From positions 1 to 21,753 of the forward strand of contig JBCNVN010000025.1 of NCBI GenBank assembly GCA_039630055.1: a stretch of DNA of 21,753 bases, read 5' to 3'. Positions 1-8,416 of the stretch are shown piece by piece. Within the stretch, counting starts at the first letter, position 1; every line of letters starts with the position of its first letter. Position numbers and translations under genes: made by a program. Origin of the DNA: Candidatus Caldarchaeales archaeon. Lineage in GTDB: Archaea; Thermoproteota; Nitrososphaeria_A; Caldarchaeales; Wolframiiraptoraceae. The notes beneath the pieces were generated by a model. It was not told where the DNA came from, ran no database searches, and was given only the letters and a program-made list of their open reading frames with translations.

Positions 1-105
1 GTCTACCTCGTGTATGATATAGAGATAATCACCATCTACTCCCTTATTACTACATTTATTCCACCAAATTTTTATGGATAGTGTGATCTTATCCTCCAGC
101 CTCAT
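1..105 (-). CDS. possible 5' end of a hypothetical gene running off the window edge
   Basis: ATG at 105 opens 35 stop-free codons to the edge (MRLEDKITLSIKIWWNKCSNKGVDGDYLYIIHEVD); no recognisable motif. Confidence 0.2.
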   Translation of the reverse strand, partial: MRLEDKITLSIKIWWNKCSNKGVDGDYLYIIHEVD

Positions 106-231
106 CTCCAAGTTTAATCTCTACGCTACATTCAAAATAGAAGTACATTATCCGGCATGCTTCTAAAATCTTGTAAGAATCTTAAGATATACACAATGAG
201 CAATTATCTCGTAGTGATAAATATCTTTATT

Positions 232-888
232 TCATGAAACTTCCAGTCCAGGTATCTTGAGTCTTGCTTCTAGCCTTCTAAAAGCGATTGTGGCCACAGT
301 GGCCATGAAGGCATATATTAAAGCCGTCGTTGAGAATATCTCTATCGGTCTAAACTGTAATGAGTTGAAGTGTTTCGAGACTGAGAATAATTCTTGGACG
401 CCTACTAGATAGGCTAGAGAAGAGTAGAGAATCAAGTAGATTATCTCATTCGATATGCCTGGTAGTGCTCTTCTAAATGCTTGTGGAAGAATTATATGTA
501 CTACTTCTTGTAGTTTGGTCATACCTAGAGAACTCGCAGCTAGCGATTGACCTATATCTATAGACCGTATCGCTCCCCGAACATACTCTGACTGATATGC
601 TCCACTACACATTATAAATGCTGTTATAGCAGCCCAGAAAGGAGGAAGATAAATTCCAATCTTTGGTAGTGCGAAGAAGACTATTAACAGAGTAACTACT
701 AGGGGCAGGCCTCTTAGAAGCATCACAAATCCCGTAGCTATCTGAGAGATAATCCAACTCCCGTAAACTCTTGCAACCGCTAGGCCTATACCTAATAGTA
801 TGCTGAACGGGATCGATAATCCAAGTATTTTAAGGGTTTCAATCCATCCTTGGACTAGGTATGAGATAAAGCTCTCCCAGAAGCTCAA
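232..888 (-). CDS. polar amino acid ABC transporter permease (HisM/GlnP family)
   Basis: 218 aa hydrophobic; LRGLPLVV, AYQSEYVRGAIRSIDIGQ and ILPQAFRRALP motifs; TTG start overlaps the ATPase stop. Confidence 0.93.
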   Translation of the reverse strand: MSFWESFISYLVQGWIETLKILGLSIPFSILLGIGLAVARVYGSWIISQIATGFVMLLRGLPLVVTLLIVFFALPKIGIYLPPFWAAITAFIMCSGAYQSEYVRGAIRSIDIGQSLAASSLGMTKLQEVVHIILPQAFRRALPGISNEIIYLILYSSLAYLVGVQELFSVSKHFNSLQFRPIEIFSTTALIYAFMATVATIAFRRLEARLKIPGLEVS

Positions 889-1649
889 CCTCTCTCACCC
901 GCATAGAGCTCATTTATCTTCTGGAAGAATTTTCTAGTAATATCGCATTTGGGAGTCTTGATAATCTCTGATGGAGGACCGCTCTCCACAATTTTTCCAT
1001 CGTACATAAATAGCATTTCATCACCTACTGATTGTGCAAAACCCATCTCATGAGTCACAACGATACTCGTAATCTTCTCCCTTGCAAGAGTCTTCATCAC
1101 TTCTAGGACTTCTCCTATCAACTGGGGGTCTAGAGCAGATGTCGGCTCATCATAGAAGATTATTGAAGGATTCATCGCTAAAGCTCTTGCTATGGCTACT
1201 CTCTGCTTCTGACCACCTGAAAGCTCTGCAGGATACTTGTGAGCATGTTCTTCTAACCCTACTTTTCTAAGCATCTCAAGAGCTATCTTACGGGCTTCAT
1301 CTTTTTTCATCTTCTTCACTACTTCAAGCCCTATACTTACATTTCTTAGAGCGGTTAGATGATTGAAGAGGTTGAATTCTTGGAAGACGAATCCTATCTT
1401 CTGCCTAACCTTATTTATATTTACAGAACGATCTGTAATCTCTACTCCTTCAAGCCATATTCTACCTTTATCTGGTCTTGTAATTAAGTTGAGACATCTG
1501 AGAAGGGTGCTCTTACCTGAGCCGGATGGACCACAAATTATCTTAGTTTCACCTCTTCTAACATTGAATGAGATACCTTTCAGAATGCTTACATTACCAT
1601 AGCTTTTATGTAGATCTTCAACTTTGAGGACGAGATCTTCATCCACCAT
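885..1649 (-). CDS. polar amino acid ABC transporter ATP-binding protein (GlnQ family)
   Basis: Walker A GPSGSGKST, LSGGQKQR signature, DEPTSALDP, VVTHEMGFA; GGAGG SD upstream. Confidence 0.95.
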   Translation of the reverse strand: MVDEDLVLKVEDLHKSYGNVSILKGISFNVRRGETKIICGPSGSGKSTLLRCLNLITRPDKGRIWLEGVEITDRSVNINKVRQKIGFVFQEFNLFNHLTALRNVSIGLEVVKKMKKDEARKIALEMLRKVGLEEHAHKYPAELSGGQKQRVAIARALAMNPSIIFYDEPTSALDPQLIGEVLEVMKTLAREKITSIVVTHEMGFAQSVGDEMLFMYDGKIVESGPPSEIIKTPKCDITRKFFQKINELYAGERG

Positions 1650-1653
1650 ATCT

Positions 1654-2190
1654 TCACATCCTCCATATCAATCCAGGTATCCTAGTCTTCTCATATATTA
1701 TGTTCACTATCTTAGTTCCTCCATAAGTTAATACTATGAACAATAGGCCTGCGAAGAAGTATGGTATAAGAGGCTCGAGAGTGGCCATGATAACATATCT
1801 AGTTCTCGTAAGTATCTCCATTACTCCTAACACGAAACATATAGCCGAATCTTTCAACATTATAGCATATTCATTGGCCCAGCCTGGAAGAGCGATTCTT
1901 AATGCTTGAGGTAGTAGAATATGAGATGTTACTTGGATTTTGCTCATCCCTAGAGATCTAGCTGCGATGAACTGTCCTTCGCTTATAGACTCTATGGATC
2001 CTCTGAAAATCTGGGATTGGTATGCTCCACTTCTAAAACCTAGCACCATTATGCTACATGTTAGTGGATCAAGCTTGTATCCAAGACCTGGAAAAACTCC
2101 CCAATAAAATAGGAAGAGGAGGACTAGAAGGGGAACGCTTCTGAAGAACCATACATAAACCTCTACTATGATCTTTAGTAGACGAAGCCT
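1654..2190 (-). pseudogene. 5'-truncated amino acid ABC permease
   Basis: Frame stays open 47 codons upstream of the ATG at 2049 (RLRLLKIIVEVYVWFFRSVPLLVLLFLFYWG..., conserved permease sequence) up to an in-frame TGA at 2191-2193, with no ATG/GTG/TTG; first TM helix missing relative to paralogue 232-888. Confidence 0.8.
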
Positions 2191-2431
2191 TCAGGCATGA
2201 CACATACCACTGCCAGAGCTGAGAAAGCATTGTACTCTATCTCATATTTTTGTTGGATTCAAATAGATTGGGCGTTCAATCCATCTTAGCATGCAAGCAT
2301 TAGCTATATTTTAAGACTCAGCTAAACAGATTGTTTTATCATCTAGTATAATTCAGGAAATCCTTCAACTCATAATACACCAATATCAAAAAATCATAAA
2401 AACTTATCTTCTCGAAATATTAGGTATCAAT

Positions 2432-2836
2432 ATGTTTAAAAGAGCTATCTTGATTTTGAGAAGAATTGAGGATGCTCCACCTATGTCATCTTACCTTAAA
2501 CTATTAGATGTTGAAGAGGGGATTTTAGTGGCTCTAGACGTATCTGGAATACCTGTGGACGTAGATGTTGTAAATCTTACCGAGTCTAGATGGCTTGAAG
2601 AAGCATCAATATTCTTTAAAGAATCAAGATTTGAGATAAAGACCTTGAAATACTCTGGTGATAGACTTCCTGCTGAGATAATATTAGAATTTGCAAGAGA
2701 GAAAGAATGTGACGTAATAATAGTTCCATCGACAAAATCCGGTAAGCCTTTGACGCCAAACCTAGCTTCAACGCTAGTATCGTTAAGTGATCTACCTGTG
2801 ATGGTGGTCCCCCTTGAAGGTTCTAGACCTGTTTAG
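2432..2836 (+). CDS. universal stress protein (USP) domain protein, divergent
   Basis: 134 aa; C-terminal USP pattern PAEIILEFAREKECDVIIV...LVSLSDLPVMVVP; lacks the G-2X-G-9X-G(S/T) ATP motif. Confidence 0.75.
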   Translation: MFKRAILILRRIEDAPPMSSYLKLLDVEEGILVALDVSGIPVDVDVVNLTESRWLEEASIFFKESRFEIKTLKYSGDRLPAEIILEFAREKECDVIIVPSTKSGKPLTPNLASTLVSLSDLPVMVVPLEGSRPV

Positions 2837-3587
2837 GCTAGATGGAAAGGTCGCAGTTATAACAGGTGCATCTAGCGGTCTCGGAGTGGTAGCTGCAGAA
2901 GCATTAGCGGAGGCAGGTGCAAGGGTAGTTCTTCTGGCTAGGAGAGAAGAAAAACTTAGAAGGGTTGTGGAAAAGCTTAGGAGAGAGAACTATGTAGCAG
3001 ATTTTCTCGTATGCGATATAACTCTAGAAGAAGAAGTTAAGCATGCAGTTAGGTCAACAATAGATAAGATGGGTTCGATAGATATCCTAGTCAATAATGC
3101 AGGCATCACTTATGCTTCTCCATCTACTGAAATGAAGATCGCAGATTGGAGAAGAGTTTTGGAAGTTAATCTGACAGGAATGTTTTTATTCAGTAGAGAG
3201 TTTGCGAAAGCGGTGATTAAAACTGGACGAGGTGGAAAGATAATTAATATCTCATCTGTCTATGGTATTATAGCCGATGCTACACCGGAGGCCCCATATT
3301 TTACCAGTAAGGCAGGGGTTATCGGTCTGACTCGACAGCTAGCTTTAGAATGGGCTCCCCATAAGATAAATGTTAATGCTATTGCGCCTGGATTCTTTCC
3401 AAGTGAGATGACAGCCCCCTTCATCAAAGACCTCGATGCTCTTTCCTACACATTGAGTAGGATACCAGTGCATAGGATTGGGCTTCCAAAAGACTTAAAG
3501 GGTGTAATAGTATTCCTCGCCTCAAATGCTTCAGATTACATAACAGGTCAAGTCATCGTTGTCGATGGAGGATGGAGTCTCTGGTAA
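2814..3587 (+). CDS. short-chain dehydrogenase/reductase (gluconate 5-dehydrogenase/FabG-like)
   Basis: TGASSGLG, NNAG, catalytic S..YFTSK, NAIAPG, VDGG; TTG start with GGTGGT SD, overlapping the USP end by 23 nt. Confidence 0.93.
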   Translation: MKVLDLFRLDGKVAVITGASSGLGVVAAEALAEAGARVVLLARREEKLRRVVEKLRRENYVADFLVCDITLEEEVKHAVRSTIDKMGSIDILVNNAGITYASPSTEMKIADWRRVLEVNLTGMFLFSREFAKAVIKTGRGGKIINISSVYGIIADATPEAPYFTSKAGVIGLTRQLALEWAPHKINVNAIAPGFFPSEMTAPFIKDLDALSYTLSRIPVHRIGLPKDLKGVIVFLASNASDYITGQVIVVDGGWSLW

Positions 3588-3610
3588 GTATTGGCTCCAT
3601 GCTAAGATAT

Positions 3611-4672
3611 CTATGGAATCCATTTAACATCTTCTGGATCGCAGCCTAAATATACTTCTTGACCAACTTTGAAAACTTTCTTAGCCTCCATATCTTTTAC
3701 TTTTATATTCATCTTCTTGAAGCATAGCTCGTAAAGTATGTGATCTCCTTCAAAGAATTTTTTAACTATCTTTACTGGATTTACAGGTGCTCCTCCAGCT
3801 TCATCTGGACTTTCATAGATCTTAAAATCTTCAGATTTTATAGAAACATATCCTTCACCATCAACATTCTCGGCCAATTTTAGAATGAATCCATCTTCTG
3901 ACTGGAATATAGCATGGTCACCTCTACTCTTAGCTCGTCCTTTAAAGATCGTTGATGTTCCAACAAACTCGGCGACGAAAAGCGTCTTCGGATTCCTGTA
4001 GATCTCCATTGGTGTTCCTATCTGCTCTATCCTTCCATCCCTCATCACAATTATTCTATCAGCCATGGTCATGGCCTCCTGCTGGTCATGAGTGACAAGA
4101 AGCGTGGTCGCCTCCACCTTCTCATGTATCCTTCTTATCTCTATCTGCATCTCTTCCCTGAGCTTTCTATCGAGGGCTCCTAGAGGTTCATCTAGTAGTA
4201 GGATGGATGGTTCGAATATTAGGGTTCTAGCAATTGCGACACGCTGCCTCTGCCCTCCACTCAGTTGGTCTATCCTTCTCTTCTCTAACCCTGAAAGCTT
4301 TACTACATCCAGCATCCATTCCACCTTCTTCCTGATCTCTTCTTTCGGAAGCTTTCTTATTCTTAGTGGAAAAGCAATATTTTCGAAGACATTCATGTGG
4401 GGAAAGAGGGCGAGGCTCTGGAAAACCACTCCTACATTCCTCTTATATGGTGGTACATCATTAATCCTCTCACCGTTTAGGAAGATATCTCCCCTATCTG
4501 GTTTTACGAACCCAGCAATAGTCAACAATAACGTGCTTTTCCCAGAACCGGATGGACCCAAGACCACGACCAGCTCTCCCTTCTTCATCGAGAAGCTAAC
4601 ATCCTCCAAAGCTACTACTTTATCATATCTTTTATCCAGATGAAGAGCTTTAAGAACTTCCTGCTCGTCCAT
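3611..4672 (-). CDS. ABC transporter ATP-binding protein, PotA-like
   Basis: GPSGSGKST, LALFPHMNV, LSGGQRQR, LLLDEPLGALD, C-terminal TOBE-type region. Confidence 0.93.
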   Translation of the reverse strand: MDEQEVLKALHLDKRYDKVVALEDVSFSMKKGELVVVLGPSGSGKSTLLLTIAGFVKPDRGDIFLNGERINDVPPYKRNVGVVFQSLALFPHMNVFENIAFPLRIRKLPKEEIRKKVEWMLDVVKLSGLEKRRIDQLSGGQRQRVAIARTLIFEPSILLLDEPLGALDRKLREEMQIEIRRIHEKVEATTLLVTHDQQEAMTMADRIIVMRDGRIEQIGTPMEIYRNPKTLFVAEFVGTSTIFKGRAKSRGDHAIFQSEDGFILKLAENVDGEGYVSIKSEDFKIYESPDEAGGAPVNPVKIVKKFFEGDHILYELCFKKMNIKVKDMEAKKVFKVGQEVYLGCDPEDVKWIP

Positions 4673-4674
4673 TA

Positions 4675-5355
4675 CTAATCAACCGTTCCTTTTACGCCGG
4701 CGATTCCACCTCTCCGCCAATCATTTCTAGCTAGCGCTTGTCTAATAGCATCACCAAACGCTCTGAATGCTGACTCCCATAGATGATGTGGATCTGATGC
4801 CCGTTTCAAGTCGAGGTGGATTGTCGCTCTCATACCTTGAGCAAAACCTTCGAAGAAAGATGTCATAAACTCTTCTTGAATGTCTTCTACCTGGCCAAAC
4901 CATCTAGCATCACTGCTTCTCGTTATCCAGCATCCGGCTCTACCCTCGAAGAATAGCCTAACCTCAGAGAATGCTTCATCTAAGGCTCCTTGACTATGAC
5001 CAAATCCATTAATTCCATATTCTTTAGCTCTCTCGGTCGCCATAAAGTATAAGGCTCTACCCAAGGTTATTCCTGAATCTTCTATCAGTGTATGAGTTAG
5101 ATTATACTTTAGAGGTTCAACCTGTAAATCAATATTCAACTCAGAGTAGTATGCGAGCATCTCGATCATATGATTGAGGAAATGGAGATTAGTATCTATC
5201 TTCCAGCTTCTTCTAGCACCAGAATCTATCTTAACCTTGATCAACGTCTCCTTAGTTCTTCTCTCCAACTCCACCAAGTCTTTGTCAACCTTAATTATCT
5301 TGAATCCAAGTTCTTCCTTTTCAGAGGATTCGAAATCCTTAGGATGATTAGACAT
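4675..5355 (-). CDS. divergent imidazoleglycerol-phosphate dehydratase (HisB/IGPD-fold) paralogue
   Basis: RxTKET, FLNHM, HTLIEDSGITLG, LDEA, GR, DPHHLWESAFRAFG and C-terminal KG match the IGPD motif order, with several substitutions. Confidence 0.85.
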   Translation of the reverse strand: MSNHPKDFESSEKEELGFKIIKVDKDLVELERRTKETLIKVKIDSGARRSWKIDTNLHFLNHMIEMLAYYSELNIDLQVEPLKYNLTHTLIEDSGITLGRALYFMATERAKEYGINGFGHSQGALDEAFSEVRLFFEGRAGCWITRSSDARWFGQVEDIQEEFMTSFFEGFAQGMRATIHLDLKRASDPHHLWESAFRAFGDAIRQALARNDWRRGGIAGVKGTVD

Positions 5356-5359
5356 CTTC

Positions 5360-6136
5360 TCACCTCAAATAATTCTTTAATCCTATTATTCGGTCTAATA
5401 CATAAACCGTTACAACTGCTACTAGAATGTAAGCTGTCGAGGCTGCAGCTGCTGCTGGAGATATTGTCGTCTTTATCTGAGTATACAATAACACTGGGAG
5501 AGTACTTGTGTCCAATGTTACTAGTATTAAGCTTGTGATAAATTCATTGAGCCCTAGAATAAACATGAGTAGAGAGCCTGACAGTATTCCTGGCAATAGT
5601 GCTGGGATGGTAATGTAGAAGAAGGTCTGAATCTCTTCTGCTCCTAGACTCATAGCTGCATTTTCTAGGTTTGGATCCATTGAGTTTACAGAAGAGGTTA
5701 CGCTCCATATCATGAAAGGTAGATTAATCTCCATGAGAGCGAACCCTATTCCTAGAAGGTCTCCGACTAGCCCGGCTCTAGAGTATAGAAAAAGCAATGA
5801 GATACCTTGTACCACCAGGGGGACCGTGAATGGTAGGAGCAAGTATACTTGGATCACATCTCCTCCTTTTATCCTGTATCTTAAAAGACCGTAAGATGCT
5901 AGAACACCAATAGGTATGGAGAGGAGTGTGCAGAAACCTGCTGCGATTAGACTATTTCTTAATCCTTTAAGAAACCATTCTGATGTAAGGGCATCGGGAT
6001 ACCAGCGGAGAGTAAAGCTACTTGGAGGGAACTCGATTATGGGACCGCTCGAGAACGATCCTATAAAGATTATTACTGTTGGCAGTATGAAGAATGTAAC
6101 AATGCCTCCTAGAAATATTCTGTAAAGCCACCCCAT
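5360..6136 (-). CDS. ABC transporter permease, PotC-like
   Basis: FTLRWY, NSLI, EAA loop LENAAMSLGA, TLPV; multiple TM helices. Confidence 0.92.
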   Translation of the reverse strand: MGWLYRIFLGGIVTFFILPTVIIFIGSFSSGPIIEFPPSSFTLRWYPDALTSEWFLKGLRNSLIAAGFCTLLSIPIGVLASYGLLRYRIKGGDVIQVYLLLPFTVPLVVQGISLLFLYSRAGLVGDLLGIGFALMEINLPFMIWSVTSSVNSMDPNLENAAMSLGAEEIQTFFYITIPALLPGILSGSLLMFILGLNEFITSLILVTLDTSTLPVLLYTQIKTTISPAAAAASTAYILVAVVTVYVLDRIIGLKNYLR

Positions 6137-6139
6137 ATC

Positions 6140-7060
6140 TTATCTTCCTCCTCTAATGAAAATATTTCCAACACGTCCAATCTTAAGTATCGTGTAAACA
6201 ATGATGGAAGCTATCAACATTAGCAGGATGCTAATTGCAGCTGAGTAAGGATAGTTAACTGCGTTAAACATGATCATATAAACAAAGTTTGCGACGAAGT
6301 CGTTTATTCCTCCTCCCAGTAAGTCTGGTGCAGCATACTCTGTTACAGAGATTGTAAAAGAGACGATGAATGCTCCGATTATCCCTGGTTTAAGGAGGGG
6401 AAGCACTATCTTGAAGAAGGTTTGTATCGGTGTAGCTCCTAGATTTTGAGCCGCCATCTCTAATTCTCTGTTTACAGCTGCTACTGAGGGAGCGATTATC
6501 AGTATAGAGAGTGGAAGGATGATCTGGATTAATCCGATGAAGACGGCTAAAGCTGTATTTATAATCTCTAGAGGATAGTTGAATAGGGTCTTAGTCAGCC
6601 AGGCTATCAGCCCATTCTTTCCGAGAACTATCAACCATCCATAAGCCTTTATCACATCACCAGTGAAGAATGGTACCAGGGTGAAGAAGATCAGCATCTT
6701 CTGAATAAAGCTAGAACTGGTTCTAACCATATAGTATGCGTAGGGTATCCCTAAGGCTATGCAGGATATAGATACTAGAATGCTGAGATAGAACGTTCTT
6801 GCGAAGACCATTGAAGAACCCTGGCTTACGAAGACTTTAATATAGTTCTCTAGAGTAAACTCTGGAATGAAAAGCTTGAAGATGTCATATTTATTGAAGC
6901 TAACGTAGAAGAGATAGAGAAGACCTGTGAACATTACTCCAACCGATGCTAGTGCTGGAAGTATCAAAAAGTATCCAATCCTCTCCTTGAAGCTTGAGGG
7001 AAGACGATTCTTTAAAAAAATTAGAAAGCTGATTATGAACTTAAACATTTTCTTTAGCAC
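6140..7060 (-). CDS. ABC transporter permease, PotB-like
   Basis: FTLENY, KAYGW...LGKNG, EAA loop LEMAAQNLGA, PDLLGG. Confidence 0.92.
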   Translation of the reverse strand: MLKKMFKFIISFLIFLKNRLPSSFKERIGYFLILPALASVGVMFTGLLYLFYVSFNKYDIFKLFIPEFTLENYIKVFVSQGSSMVFARTFYLSILVSISCIALGIPYAYYMVRTSSSFIQKMLIFFTLVPFFTGDVIKAYGWLIVLGKNGLIAWLTKTLFNYPLEIINTALAVFIGLIQIILPLSILIIAPSVAAVNRELEMAAQNLGATPIQTFFKIVLPLLKPGIIGAFIVSFTISVTEYAAPDLLGGGINDFVANFVYMIMFNAVNYPYSAAISILLMLIASIIVYTILKIGRVGNIFIRGGR

Positions 7061-7061
7061 T

Positions 7062-8264
7062 TCATTGAATCCCAGCAGTTATCTCCTCGAATTTTGCAAA
7101 CCATTCCTTCTCATATTTTGCAAGAATGTCCAGCGGGATTACTATCATCTTCTGTATGTATTCGGGCTTGGTCGGAAAGGCGGGATCACCTTCCATATAT
7201 TCGGGAAGAGGTGCGTTTGGATGTAGAGGTGGACATCCTAGAAGTTCAGCCCATCTACCTTGCACTTCAGGATCTAACGCCATGTTCACATACTGTTTAG
7301 CCCAGTAATCTCTTTCTGGAGGAAGATTTCTAGGGACATACATCGCATCTGTATGCATCTCTACTCCTTCTTTTGGAACGGTCCAAGCAGCTTTAGCACC
7401 CGACCTAACAGCCTCTAAAATGTTCGTTATTATCGTTACTTCAAGCTTCATCTCTTCTCTTATCAACCACATGCTGAGATCTGGGTCTTCACCCAATCCA
7501 CCTATATTAGGTAGAAGTCTTCGTAGTAGATCCCATGCAGGCCCCATCCTCTCAGGCGCCAAGTCTTCGGGAATCTTCAAGTTTGCAAGCTTTGCGAGAA
7601 CTGCGTGAAAACCGATCCCATCATCATACATCGCTACAGATTTCTTATATTCAGGCTCCCAGAGAATCCACCAAGAATCAGGTGGCTCCCGGAAATACTT
7701 AGTGAGATACCCTAATACATATGTGTAGCTATAGGTATTGACGAATGGATAACCAGAGTAGCCTGAGATTGATGGAGGCTTTGCCTCGGGTAGCATATCC
7801 TCTATATTGGGGATCTGCTCCGGTAACATATCCGATGCGAGACCCCAGATCGATTCTAGATAGGCATTGGTCGAGATGGTCCAGTTAACATCTACTGGAG
7901 GGGTTTTCCCAGCTGGGATGAGCTCGCGGAGCTTTACTTGAAGCTCACTATCCTCGGTGTTATCGTACTCTACTTTTATTCCCGTCTTCCTTGTAAATGG
8001 TTTAGAGACGGCTTCATCGAGAGCATACTGCCATCCTCCACCCCAAGCTCTAACGATTATTCTATCTGGTTTAGGAGGAACAGTAGGCTTAACAGTTCTT
8101 TCTACAGTCTGAGTAACCGTCTTAACAGATGGTGGTGTAAGAGCGAGATATCCCGCAAAACCCCATCCGACGATCGCAGCAGCACCTAATCCTATAGCAA
8201 CTTTAGCTGTAGAGCTTAAAGCACTTCTTCTACTTATTCTTTTACTATACACAGTCGGCTTCAC
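7062..8264 (-). CDS. PotD/PotF-family solute-binding protein with twin-arginine signal/anchor
   Basis: N-terminal SRRSAL + hydrophobic helix + TVTQTV linker; WGGGWQ, PFTRKTGIKV, PDSW..LW, PKEG motifs. Confidence 0.9.
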   Translation of the reverse strand: MKPTVYSKRISRRSALSSTAKVAIGLGAAAIVGWGFAGYLALTPPSVKTVTQTVERTVKPTVPPKPDRIIVRAWGGGWQYALDEAVSKPFTRKTGIKVEYDNTEDSELQVKLRELIPAGKTPPVDVNWTISTNAYLESIWGLASDMLPEQIPNIEDMLPEAKPPSISGYSGYPFVNTYSYTYVLGYLTKYFREPPDSWWILWEPEYKKSVAMYDDGIGFHAVLAKLANLKIPEDLAPERMGPAWDLLRRLLPNIGGLGEDPDLSMWLIREEMKLEVTIITNILEAVRSGAKAAWTVPKEGVEMHTDAMYVPRNLPPERDYWAKQYVNMALDPEVQGRWAELLGCPPLHPNAPLPEYMEGDPAFPTKPEYIQKMIVIPLDILAKYEKEWFAKFEEITAGIQ

Positions 8265-8297
8265 CTACATCATCGCAGATTTAAGTAATATGGTAAG

Positions 8298-8308
8298 ATA
8301 TAAATTTT
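8298..8308 (-). promoter_or_regulatory. putative TATA box of the ABC/hisB-like operon
   Basis: AAAA-TTTATAT on the minus strand about 33 nt before the GTG at 8264. Confidence 0.45.
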
Positions 8309-8416
8309 AGGTTCGAAATCTCCGAGGAACTCATAATAACGTAAGAAACTTAGATATACGCGGTATGTTAGAATTCTCCACATTTTGTTGAAAGACCTTC
8401 TCATTAATTTTTTACG

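Noticed and set aside
2167-2223. Possible second C/D sRNA (ATGA...CTGA) at the permease breakpoint
   Set aside because: No convincing D'/C' pair, terminal stem, promoter or rRNA-complementary guide
2283-3608. 11-bp inverted repeat (ATCTTAGCATG 2283-2293 / CATGCTAAGAT 3598-3608) flanking USP-SDR as possible mobile-element ends
   Set aside because: Does not extend, no transposase or target duplication, and 11-mer matches are expected by chance in 21 kb
4092-4643. 183-aa plus-strand ORF and the other short antisense ORFs in the track (e.g. 5170-5538, 9839-10408, 11040-11372)
   Set aside because: They are antisense shadows of well-supported genes and carry no motifs
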